The position numbers and the translations under genes were made by a program. From NCBI GenBank assembly GCA_002269645.1, contig NIVC01000144.1, positions 1 through 64,000 of the forward strand: 64,000 bases of DNA, in the 5' to 3' direction. The notes beneath the pieces are model-generated. The model had not been told where the DNA came from. It saw only the letters and a program-made list of their open reading frames with translations, and made no database searches. This DNA comes from Macrostomum lignano (lineage: Eukaryota). Below are positions 24,143 to 36,291 of the stretch, piece by piece (position 1 is the first letter of the stretch; every line of letters begins with the position of its first letter).

Positions 24143-27100
24143 ATGGCGCTATTAATTGGTCCCTCTAGCGTTGGGAAAAGTTTACTCCTTAAGCGACTTA
24201 CCACAGACGAAAAAGATAAAGATCTAGTTGCGACTGTACCATCGGTAAGTTTTTTTCAATGACAATTTTTTGTTTAGTCAAGCTTTTTACTGATAATACG
24301 CAGGAAACTTAGTAAAATTTCATGCTTTTGCCTTCAGAATGGTTAAAGTCTAACTTACCAAAACTAACTTGTAATTAAATAAGTATACTTTAAATTTGAT
24401 AGTGTAAGTGTAAGTGACACTATATCATTTTTGCATTGTAAAAATGCAAATAAAGCAATGTTAGAACATAGAAAATACAGAAATCTTGCACCTTTTTCCA
24501 AAAATAGTCTTCATAGGTGGTGTAGGCCTAGGCTAAATGCACTGCCTTTGCTTTTTTATCTTTTTATCAAAACACAAAAATCATACAAGCAGTTTATAAG
24601 ATAAAAAGTAATAAATAATAGTTGTAAAAACTTGTGTGTATATAATACCACTAAAATTAAGCATACAATAAAAAAGTAACTTTTTTATTTGAAACTTGAA
24701 GGCTAATTATAATTACTTAATTATAAAATATGAATAGGAAGTTTTTTAGGTAGCATTAGCAAGTGTAGCAAAAAGTTATGCATTGCATGATTCATTATGC
24801 AATGAATCAAAGCAATTGATGTTTTAATGCAAGCAATAAAGTTCACAATTTTAGCTCATTATTAAAGTTCATTAATGAGAAATTAGTACATTTGCTTAAT
24901 CATCTTTATAAAGAGAGAATGATTAGACATTCCATACTCTGAATCATGTAGTATATACCCAAAAATTTGGGTGTGCATTGGCCTTGCATGCCAAAAGTAG
25001 GCATCCACAGTTGGCATGCATCACTCCCAAGAAAAACACCTGGCATATACTTTATAGAATCACATAGAAGAGTTATTGTAAAGTGGAAAAAAGGTAAAAA
25101 AGTTCATTTTCAAGTGCAAATTTCTTGCTTTCTAGGTTTTAGGCTTGTGATAAAGCATTTAAATAAATCTTCGTATGTATCAATTTTTTACTATAAATAG
25201 TATTGCTAAAAAGTGGAAAAATTAACCAAACTATCTGTTAAAAAGGATCTAATATGCAATGAAAAAGGTCATTTATTGTCACAATGTAAAAAAGGTCATT
25301 TATTGTTGTAGCACTTGCAGAGTTTTAAGAATAGGCATGCATTCAATTTTTTGGCATGCATTTGTAATTATCAATTTTTGTTCAGGTATGCACCTAGCAT
25401 GATCTGGACTATGGTAGGCATTTAGGTAAATTCAAATATATTTGTAATGACAATGTTGTAACTTCTTGTCAGACTTATATTTTTGTTCTTTCTTTGCATC
25501 TTTGGTCATTGACATTGTCATTAATGTTAACAATGAACTTGATGTTATCTTACATAACTTATATATCTTATAGTAATAGAAATTTGTTAATCTGTTATTG
25601 CAAAAGAATCTTAACAGCAGTCCATTAATATTTATTAAAATATTGATATTTAATAATGCTTATTAATGGACTAGTGCCCAACACTGAAACTAAACATTTC
25701 ATTTTAATCTGATCAGGGATTAAATCCCAGGATCAGAATAGTACAGATTTTTATGCTTCTAGGTTGAAATTTTAAGGCAAAGTATATGCTAAACACTTTT
25801 GCTTACTTTTTTTATTGTTATAGAGATAATGATCTATTTGTAGATGATAAGCAGCATTATCTTGTGACCTATTGAAGTAAGTAGTATAAAGGTACTAATT
25901 AGTAGTAAGGAAGCAAATCATATAAAAATTTAAATTGGAATAAATTTTGTTTTTAAATCTGTGATGCGAGGTTTAAAAAGGTGCCACACAATGTGAGACA
26001 ATTAATAGAAATTAGCGCAGTATAATAAACTAGTTGTAGGCCTAATTATGTTTATATTATAGCACTTTTTGTAAAAATATTAACAAAAATTAGTCCTAGG
26101 ATTTAGGGTCCCAAATCCTAGGACTGGAAATCCTAGGATTTAGGCCCAATCCCGGGATCCCAGAATTGCAATCCCTACTGAAAAGTGAAACTTAAGTGTC
26201 CTTATCACAAGAAATAATCTATTCCTAGCAGGTTACAAATTGAATCCCAAACTTTTTTCATGAGTCAAATACTCTAATAACTTGGCTATGAGTCTGACCC
26301 TAGCTTTAGGCCTAGTATTGTATAATTTAATATATTTTAAAGAGTTTCCATAACTAAAACCAAATTTTATAACTTATTAAGGAACACTGAATTTCTCAGC
26401 CTTTATGAAAAAACAATGCATATAGAAAAATTAAAGTCACTTTTTTTAGTAATCTCCTTTGACCGTAGTTCACTTGTTGCATCTTGATCACAGCACTTCA
26501 ATGCCACTCTAAAAGAACTGCTTTGAGTATCCCCTGAACCAAGCAGTTGCAGCATCTTTAAGTTTATCAATCTATTGCCCATAGAGTGCCTACTTTAGAT
26601 ATTGAAATAGGTAAAGTCACCCAAAGCCAGATCTGGTAAATATGCAAGGTGAGGCAGCTCTTAGAATCTTGCAATTTCTATAGCAACCTTTATAATTCTG
26701 ATACTATGAGCTGGTCTATTGTCATGCAGTTGTATTATACTTTAGGTCAACATTTCCTGCCAATTTTATTTTAGTGCCTAGCATAGACTAATAATAGATC
26801 TTTATGACTATCTGCTTATGCAGTAGAAAGTCCAGCAGCAGCAGACCTTTTGAATCCCAAAAGACTATTAGTATTATCTTGCTAGCACTGTATGCAGTCC
26901 TTGCCTTTAGAGGTGCTGGTGATCCAACTGGCAGCCACTATTTGGATTCCTATTTGGATTCTAGATTGTGGTAGCTTAGATCCATGTCATGCCACCTGTC
27001 ATTATAAACCAGAGTCTTGATGTGGTAAGTCTTCATGTAGCTGCTTTTGTACTTGTCTGTCTAGGACTTAATAGTGGCATATAAGGGGGCAGTCCTACTT

Positions 27101-30038
27101 GTAGCATACACATTAGCCATATGGCAGTGAATTTCTATAGGCTTTGAGTCCTCTAGTGTTTGGAATTTGATAATAAAGCTAGTGCTTAGCTCTATGCTTA
27201 AGATGCAATTCTTGTATAGATGCCATGATATGCTAGAAATACAATGGTACTGTGACCTGTTGGCAATGGATTTGAGACTGAAATAATGAATGACTAATAT
27301 AGACTTTTTGAATACTTGTATGCTGGAGTTTTGGAGCTTTAATGTCTAGGGATCTTGGTCAGGCTCAACTATTGTATTTGTGACAGGCCTTTTGTCCCTG
27401 TCTTTTTAAACTCCTAACTATTGATGCTAGTATTTATTAATATCCTACAAGCTGCCACCAAAGCTGTTGTAGGGGTATTCCCATCTGCTAACTAAAGTTT
27501 ATCCTAATTGCACTTCTATTTTCACTCTAACTGTTTCTTAGGATTTCATTTGAATATACTGGTAGCATCTTATGTATTAGTCTGGTAGCGTCTTATGTAT
27601 TAGTCTGGTAGCGTCTTATGTATTAGTCTGGTAGCGTCTTATGTATGGCCTGAGTGGTCTAGTACTGGTTCATAAACTTATTAGATTGTCCTAGTCAGGC
27701 CTTCACTGGGATTAGAGGGTCATAGCACAACTCTCAGAATTTCCCTTGTATATCTCCCAATCCCTTCTCTTAGTAATTTTCTGAGCACTATTGCTCCCTC
27801 TTTCCTTAAAATAACTAACTCAATAAGATTTCAAAGTTTATCTGAGAATATAGAATGAACCAATGTTATAGCGCACAAATATTTCAAGAGCAAGAAAAGG
27901 TTACTTTTATTTGGGCAAAATTCACTCATATATATAGGATTCGGGAAGGCTAAGTTATAACAAAAAATTTTTTCCATTTATAATTCGCTATTTAAAACAA
28001 AGTAGAATAGTGTTTCTTAGTTTGCACGCTAATTCAGTTTTACTGTAGTTTAAGCAATTTTTGCGTGTATAATAGGATCAGCAAAGTTACAATGATCTAT
28101 TAAGGTATAATTATAGAACAAACATTCTATTATAGGCACTAGCAAATGACTTATTAAAGTATTATAGAGACATATTATAGGCACTGGTAAATATTGCTTC
28201 TCATATGCACCTAACATCTTTTTATGCAATATAATCCAATATACCTCTATTTAAATTGTTTGTTGGTAGGCATTAGTCTATATATATTTATGTATTTGTT
28301 TAAAATCATATTTAACAATTTGTTATCAAATCAAGCTTAGCCTTATACTATCTAGTCAGAACTTTTCCCATGACAAAACATGTGTTGTGACAAAGAAATT
28401 GCGTAATGCTAGGCTTTTTTAGGAATTGGAAATTCAGAATTAATGTGTTTTTTTTTAATATATGCATTGTATTTGTAAGAATGCTAGAGAAAAGAGATTA
28501 GTTTTATTTAGGCTTTTTTGACCTTATTTACTTAGGCTAGCAAATTATAGATATTAGGCCTTTTTTGTTAGAAACTTCTTTATATTATTATATTTTGCCA
28601 TTATAGGATCTTTTTATTAGCATAGTGGGCATAAAATGAATGAAACCATTATATTTCCTTAGTTATAACCACAAGAGCAGTTTTTTCATAAACATAATTG
28701 TAGCTATTGTTGTTACCTGTTGTATTACATTTGCCATAGGTATATTATTGTTAATTATTTATAATCAAAGCAATAAAATGGTATAAAAACTGAGTTTATT
28801 GTTCTTATTATTATCAGTCATATTTTTTTCACTTTTATTGATCTATGTTACCAAGAAAATAAATTTTGTTTTTGCAATTTATAATTCGAAACAATTTTTT
28901 GAAAAATTTAAACTTGACCATTGTCAGATCAAATTCAATGAAAAATATTCTAAATATTAAATTTTCTTGTAATGATTTAATTCAATTCTTATTTACCTAA
29001 AGATATCAGGTCGAAAAATTAGGGATCTGCTGTGCTTCTGACTTGAATCATATTCCAGTAGTATTCATCTGTTTACATGCACCTGTCATATTAACAGATT
29101 GGCACAAGCCTGGTTAAAGTGCAAGTCAGTCGAAAAAAGTCGGTCACAATTCGCGAACTTGGAGGCTCAATGGCACCTGTTTGGCCAGACTATTATAGCG
29201 ATGTGGCTGCCATCATTGTGAGTTTAGCAGCTTTGTAATTAGACTCTGTTAAAATGATAGCAAACTATATGGCCATATCTTCAGTCACTTGGCCAGCCTC
29301 CCAGATCCTCAGTTGCTGGGCCAGCCTCCCAGATCCTCAGTTGCTGGGCCAGCCTCCCAGATCCTCAGTTGCTGGGCCAGCTTCCCAGACCCTCAGTTGC
29401 TGGGCCAGCCTCCCAGATCCTCAGTTGCTTGGCCACCAGCCCCCCGATCCTCAGTTGCTTGGCCACCAGCCTCCCAGATCCTCAGTTGCTGAGCCACCAC
29501 CCTCCAATATCCTCAGTTGCTGCGCTAGCCTTGCAGATCCCCAGTTGCTGTGTTTCTGTCACCCTGTTAGATCCACAAGGCAAATAACACTTGTAATGCA
29601 TTTAAATTCAATATGAGTATAATATGCGTAATAAATAAATAAATATTGCCACCCACACTGCCAACTTATCCATGCAGTTTGTAGTTGACGCATCAAACCT
29701 GCAGCAGGTTGGTGCTGCCACCATCCAGTTCATTCACCTGTTGAACAGTCCGCAAACTCAGAGCTCCAAAATTTTGCTGTTGTTTAATAAACTGTGAGTG
29801 ACCTGACTGTCTCTTTGTTTCATTCATCATATCATTTGTTCACTAAATATGATTCATGTGTGCAATTCATTCCAGCGACCTTGTAACATCAGAAGCTGAC
29901 AAAGGCAAATTTATGCACCTATTCATGCTGGACGATATACTTCGTCACTCCAGACAAGAGGTGTCTGTTGCCGAAGTTTCCGCTCTTAATAGAACCGGCT
30001 TTGCCGCCATGAAAGAGTGGCTTGAACTTTGTGCTTGA
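24143..30038 (+). CDS. ARL16: ADP-ribosylation factor-like 16; exons 24143-24244, 29098-29217, 29678-29793, 29876-30038 (~166 aa)
   Basis: MALLIGPSSVGKSLLLKRL P-loop; TIRELGGSMAPVWPDYY (ARL16-typical RELGG); FVVDASN; LLLFNKLD; EVSALNRTG. All introns are GT-AG with consistent phases. Confidence 0.9.
25715..26180. mobile_element. Possible decayed MITE with ATCC(CG/TA)GGAT internal repeats and a GATTGCAATCCCTA-type end
   Basis: Related palindromic motifs at ~25715-25735 and 26090-26178. Confidence 0.35.
26440..27520 (-). mobile_element. Decayed mariner transposase relic in ARL16 intron 1
   Basis: Minus strand gives ESK*ESK*WLPVGSPAPLKAR...SASKIILIVFWDSKGLLLLDFL, LHDN, LPHLAYLPDLALGDF (from the YSPDLAPSD motif) and a C-terminal KGDY. 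Confidence 0.8.
29290..29545. repeat. ~29-bp minisatellite (CCAGCCTCCCAGATCCTCAGTTGCTGGG) in ARL16 intron 2
   Basis: Tandem periodicity. Confidence 0.9.
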
Positions 30039-30089
30039 CTCTATTCAGTTTATTGTGTACTACTTACATGTCGCTAGTGGACTGCTTAA

Positions 30090-30705
30090 CCTCGCCCAAG
30101 CCCCTATGGACTAGCCAACCAATCAGCGATTGCCCTCCTCACTCCCTGCCCAACCTCCATTGACTAGCCGACCAATCAGCGATCGCCCCGCCTCACTCCC
30201 TGCCCAACCCCGCCCAAGCCCCTATGGACTAGCCGACCAATCAGCGATCGCCCCGCCTCACTCCCTGCCCAACCTCCATTGACTAGCGCCAACCAATCAG
30301 CGATCGCCCCGCCTCACTCCCTGCCCAAGCCCCTATGGACTAGCCGACCAATCAGCGATTGGCCTCCTCACTCCCTGCCCAACCTCCATTGACTAGCGCC
30401 AACCAATCAGCGATCGCCCCGCCTCACTCCCTGCGCAAGCCCCTATGGACTAGCCGACCAATCAGCGATTGGCCTCCTCACTCCCTGCCCAACCTCCATT
30501 GACTAGCGCCAACCAATCAGCGATCGCCCCGCCTCACTCCCTGCGCAAGCCCCTATGGACTAGCCGACCAATCAGCGATTGGCCTCCTCACTCCCTGCCC
30601 AACCTCCATTGACTAGCCGACCAATCAGCGATCGCCCCGCCTCACTCCCCGCCCAACCCCGCCCAAACCACTATGTACTAGCCGACCAATCAGTGATCGC
30701 CCGTC
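30090..30705. repeat. ~55-bp tandem array, each unit carrying RRCCAATCAG and most a CCCCGCC-like box; upstream of the caspase
   Basis: 11 CCAATCAG copies counted; two unit variants alternate. Confidence 0.92.
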
Positions 30706-31054
30706 TCATCCCTGCACTAAAAGTTGATGTGATCAATGTTTCTATATCTTTTTTAATACTATTTGTTCTTTTTATCTGTAATCTTTGTCGCTTTTTTGTA
30801 TGCGACTTTGTTAAGCATTCTGTCTTATAACTTTTACGCATTATCAAAACGTGATAGAATATTTATTTGAAGATCAGAAATACTACTTAGTAGATTTTTA
30901 TTGTGCGAGCGTATTTGAACTGTAAATAAAAACTTACGATTTTTAATTTTAGCTCACTTTCCATTTTAAAACATTTAGTTTCTTTAAAGAGAACAATAAA
31001 AACTTTTGCGTCTGTTTAAACGCAATTGTATTTATTGATTGACTTTGCAGCCAA

Positions 31055-34000
31055 ATGGCGGACTCGAGCGATGCCGCGGTGAGGCCAAAAAACGAGAAAA
31101 AACGACGAACTGAACGCGGCAGATCTGGCGGCTTTTTGTCGCTTTTCGGTTGCGCCAGTTCAAAGAGTTCTTCGCCTCCTCCGATTGCTAAGTCGGAGCA
31201 GAGGACTGAGCAAGTTGCTGCTCCACCTGCTGTCAATCATAACAGCACCGCTGCTCCTGCTGCTGCAGCGGCTGCCCACTCTTCTGCTGGTGCTAAAGAG
31301 TATGCTTATTGTGCTTTGTTTTTTATAATTTTATGTACTTATTTTCAACCCCTTCTTTTCCACCACCCCACATATCTCTACCCCTCCTGTGCACCCACCC
31401 CACTTATCTCTCTACCCCTCCTGTGCACCCACCCCACTTATCTCTCTACCCCTCCTGTGCACCCACCCCACTTATCTCTCTACCCCTCCTGTGCACCCAC
31501 CCCAATTTTCTCTCTACCCCTCTTGTGAACCCACTCCAATTTTCTCTCTACCCCTCCTGTGCACCCACCCCAATTTTCTCTCTACCCCTCCTGTGCACCC
31601 ACCCCACTTATCTCTACCCCTCCTGTGCACCCACCCCAATTTTCTCTCTACCCCTCCTGTGCACCCACCCCAATTTTCTCTCTACCCCTCCTGTGCACCC
31701 ACCCCAATTTTCTCTCTACCCCTCCTGTGCACCCACCCCAATTTTCTCTCTACCCCTCTTGTGAACCCACTCCAATTTTCTCTCTACCCCTCCTGTGCAC
31801 CCACCGCAATTTTCTCTCTACCCCTCCTGTGCACCCACCCCAATTTTCTCTCTACCCCTCCTGTGCACCCACCCCACTTATCTCTACCCCTCCTGTGCAC
31901 CCACCCCACTTTTCTCTCTACCCCTCTTGTGAACCCACCCCAATTTTCTCTCTACCCCTCCTGTGCACCCACCCCAATTTTCTCTCTACCCCTCCTGTGC
32001 ACCCACCTCATATCTCTCTACCCCTCCTGTGCACCGACCCCACTTATCTCTCTACACCTCCTGTGCACCCACCCCAATTTTCTCTCTACCCCTCCTGTGC
32101 GCCCACCCCAATTTTCTCTCTACCTCTCCTGTGCACCCACCCAAATTTTCTCTCTACCCCTCCTGTGCACCCACCCAAATTTTCTCTCTACCCCTCCTGT
32201 GCACCCACCCAAATTTTCTCTCTACCCCTCCTGTGCACCCACCCAAATTTTCTCTCTACCCCTCCTGTGCACCCACCCAAATTTTCTCTCTAACCCTCCT
32301 GTGCACCCACCCAAATTTTCTCTCTACCCCTCCTGTGCACCCACCCCATTCTCTCTATATCTTCTATTGGCCACCGACTTTCCAGAGCTGCAACTGTCAG
32401 CGATCAATCATTTGACCCGAAGCACGTGTACAACATGAGACACCGGAGCAGAGGCCTGGCTTTGATATTCAACTTTCAACAGTTCCTACCCGAGACCAAC
32501 CTGTCCTATCGACACGGCTCGGATAAGGACCTTAACAATGTAGTGGCCTCGTTCAAGCGGCTGCAGTTTCAGGTGCACAAGTTCAGCAACCTGTATGCTG
32601 TTGAGTTTCTTAGCCAGCTGAAACAAGGTATGGTTTTTAATTTTCGGTTTAAGAAAGAATCTCCATTTTTTCATAAAATAATTTTTGTAGTTTATTACTC
32701 TGAAATCTCACCCTTAAATGCTGAGATCTCACGTTAAGATACTGGAATCTCACCCTAAATATTAAAATCTCACCCTAAGATACTGAAATCTCATCCTAAG
32801 CTACTGATATCTCACCCTAAGCTACTGATATCTCACCCTAAGCTACTGATATCTCACCTAAAGATACTGAAATCTCACTCTAAGGTACTGAAATCTCACC
32901 ATAAGGTACTGAAATCTCTCCCTAAGATACTGAAATCTCACCCTAAGCTACTGATATCTCACCCTAAGCTACTGATATCTCACCCTAAGATACTGAAATC
33001 TCACCCTAAGATACTGAAATCTCATCCTAACGTACTGAAATCTCATCCTAAGTTACTGAAATCTCACCCTAAGATACTGGAATCTCACCTAAGATACTGA
33101 AATCTCACCGTAGGATACTGAAATCTCACCGTAGGATACTGAAATCTCACCGTAGGATTCTGAAATCTCACCGTAGGATACTGAAATCTCACCGTAGGAT
33201 ACTGAAATCTCACCGTAGGATACTGAAATCTCACCCTAACGTCCTGAAATCTTACCCTAAGATACTGAAGTCTCACTCTAAATTTGAAGTTTTCATCCGC
33301 GAGTTTTCAATCTAGGAAAGAATGCACAAAAATGTTCACAAAGATGCTTGAACGACTCCCTCGCTACTCCTGCCCAGTGTCTGAGGTGAACCACAGCGAC
33401 CACGACGCCATTGCCATAGTGATCATGTCCCACGGCGAGGAGGGCGTCATCTTTGCCAGCGACGGAGGCATCCCCCTGGTTGAGGTGTTCGAGCCTATCA
33501 GACAATGTCCCTCTCTGGTTGGCAAGCCAAAACTCTTCTTTCTGCAGGCCTGCCGTGGCAGCAAGTTCGACCCCGGCAAAGAGCAGGTAAGGATTGCTTC
33601 AATTTTGAACCTGTCAATCACTTGTGTCATTGAACAACTGGCCACTAAAACTGTTAATCACTTGTCACTTGATCTGTCATTGAACCTATCAATCACTTGC
33701 TCTTTACCTGTCACTGAACCTGTCAATCACTTGTCACTTGTTCTGTTACTGAACCTGCCAATCACCTGTCACTTGACCTGTCAATCACTTGTCACTTGTC
33801 CTGTTACTGAACCTGTCAATCACTTGTCACTTGACCTGTCACAGGACCTGTCAATCACCTGTCACTGGACCTGCCAATCACCTGTCACTTGACCTGCCAA
33901 TCACCTGTCACTTGACCTGTCACTGAACCTGCCAATCACCTGTCACTGGACCTGCCAATCACCTGTCACTTGACCTGCCAATCACCTGTCACTTGACCTG

Positions 34001-34572
34001 TCACTGAACCTGCCAATCACCTGTCACTTGACCTGTCACTGAACCTGCCAATCACCTGTCACTTGACCTGTCACTGAACCTGTGAATCACTTAACTTTGA
34101 ACTCATTAAGTGACAGGTGAAGTGATAGGTAATGAACTCAAAGTCATTACTGTTTTCAAAGTTACATGTAACTCAAAGCTGAAATATTTGACCATAAACC
34201 TGTCAGACGGACTCCGGTGTGGAGGAGACTGAACCCGAGGCCTTCAGACGCGCTTTGGACGCCGCTGACGGCATCAAGACCATCCAGCGGCTGCCGACTG
34301 ACGCAGACTTTCTCATCTGCTATTCGGTGGTGCCTGGCTATTTCTCCTGGCGCAATGGCACCCACGGATCCTGGTTTGTGCAGAAACTGACCGAGGTCCT
34401 GGCTGAGACAGACTGCTCCAAGGTTGAGTTCATGCGAGTCATGACTCGGGTTAACCGGGCGGTGGCCTACGAGTTTGAGTCGCACACGAACAATCCTCAC
34501 CTGGATAGAAAGAAGCAGGTGCCATCTATTGTGTCCATGCTTACTAAGGAGCTGTACTTTCCATCGAAGTGA
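31055..34572 (+). CDS. Effector-type (caspase-3/7-like) caspase; exons 31055-31299, 32401(or 32386)-32627, 33378-33586, 34207-34572 (~348 aa)
   Basis: YNMRHRSRGLALIFN; catalytic MSHG and QACRG intact; DAAD linker; DADFLICYSVVPGYFSWRN..GSWF; SMLTKELYF. Splice phases are consistent and there is no CARD/DED. Confidence 0.92.
31370..32350. repeat. ~33-bp minisatellite filling caspase intron 1
   Basis: Units such as CTCTCTACCCCTCCTGTGCACCCACCCCAATTTT. Confidence 0.95.
32740..33280. repeat. ~21-23-bp minisatellite filling caspase intron 2
   Basis: Units such as ATACTGAAATCTCACCCTAAG. Confidence 0.95.
33605..34085. repeat. AATCACCTGTCACTTGACCTG-type minisatellite in caspase intron 3
   Basis: Tandem periodicity. 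Confidence 0.92.
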
Positions 34573-35394
34573 CTCGCGCTCGTAAAGGCGAAGTTTATGA
34601 ATAACTAAATATTTTACTTCAAATTTTAAAGAGAAAAATAAGTGATTTCCTTGATGCTGTTTTGGGACTGTTACGAGTATTAGTGTTGTATGAAATAAGG
34701 TTTGGTGTGTCTGTTTAATTAAATCAGTTTTCTTAACGAGTATTAAATGCTTGTTATTGATTTTAACAAAACCAAATAAAGTTGCTTTCAATTCATTTTA
34801 ATCGTCTTCTTCTGCATTCTAAAAAATTGTTTTGTTATTCGATTTTATAGGCTTACTCATCCGCGAAATATCCTACTTATGCTACTTACAGTAATTGCTT
34901 TACTGCTCAGTAAGTAGTGCAGCTCGATTGCGAATACAATTTTGTGCAATAGTAACTTAATTTTTGTACTTATAATTAGATAAGCTTGTTTTGCCATATA
35001 TTCACTCTATTTGAATATTTCAGTTTGACTGGTGACAATGCCTGTGCGGATTACTCGTATTTTACATACGCTGTGTTTCTATTTTTTACTTTGTGTCAAA
35101 ATATCAGTCTATTTAATTACTTTACGGGTAAAATTTTTATAAAATTATCATAAATCAACCATTTTTGCGCGATATGCTACTTAAAGTGCGTGTGTGTACA
35201 CCGTCTTTTATTTTTATCTTGGTCAACAATTACACGAAAATCAATTTTTTGTTAACCTAATTGTCGCAGGCTCGCGATCAACTAATTTAAATGCTTTTGC
35301 ACTTTATTTTTAAAAAATATTTAAAAAAAATTTTCTAATTATTTAAACGGACGTTGTGTACTTTTACCATACTGATAGGTGACGAAAATCACCT

Positions 35395-35690
35395 TTGGAA
35401 ACATGTTTTTCGATACATATCGGCAATTGTGTCACTAATAATAATCCGGTTTAGTTTTAATTAAGCAGAGACGGTGCTCAGCACGGTGAGAATCTGCTCT
35501 GACAAAGTGGAATGTTGCCATCCGCATCAGATTCGAGCAGCTGGACCAGCTCCTCCACTTTGCTTGGGTCTATTAACACCTCATCTAATGCTCATCTAAC
35601 ACCTGCGGGTGACGGTTATAGATGTTACATATGAGTGTCATATGGGTGTTAGATATGATTGTTAGTTATGGGTGTTAGATATGGACTAGC
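35395..35690 (-). pseudogene. Internally deleted duplicate of the last exon and flanks of the calmodulin-like gene
   Basis: Close match to 44215-44520, including the 3' flank, the ELVQLLE segment, the acceptor CCGTCACCCGCAG and the start of the TATGGGTGTTAG repeat. Confidence 0.8.
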
Positions 35691-35904
35691 AATCAGCGCC
35701 CCCCGTTGGGGAGCCAAAAAATGCAGCACAAGTTTTTTTAATAAACTACATGTAAGCGTCTGTTTGCATTGTACCTCAGCAACCCCTTGTAAGCCTTGAC
35801 ATGTCAGCAATTCCCCCCCCCCACAAGCCTTAGCATATCAACTCCCCCTTGACATCTCAGCAATGCCCCCATAAGCCTTGAAATCTTAAAAAAATCTGTC
35901 AACC

Positions 35905-35950
35905 TTCTAACCCTAACCCTAGCCTACCCTAACCCTAACCCTAACCTTAA
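35905..35950. repeat. Short interstitial telomere-like (CCCTAA)n
   Basis: CTAACCCTAACCCTAGCCTACCCTAACCCTAACCCTAACC. Confidence 0.7.
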
Positions 35951-36291
35951 AGCATTGAAATTTCAGTAATTCTCTCCGAGAGTCATTATAGCACTACAGG
36001 ATTATAGCGATTCCCTGCAAGCCTCGACATCGTAGGGATTCCCAAATGAATCTCTCAACTTCGACATGATGCCGATATTCTAGGCTATCACCTGTAAGCT
36101 TCATAGCTGCCCTGAGCAGCATATAGTCCCTATAAATTATTTAAATAAATGGCCAGAGGGGATCCATGAGCCCACCAGAGATTCAGAGGCTTAGTTTGGG
36201 GAAAAAAATGGCAAATTTATTTATAAGCCTGGCAGAGCAACTGCACAGGTCTCCATCTCCAAGCTCAGTTATTCCCAGCAGCCAGCTTCAA

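Noticed and set aside
31389-32438. 349-aa and other Pro-rich ORFs
   Set aside because: Translations of the minisatellite in caspase intron 1
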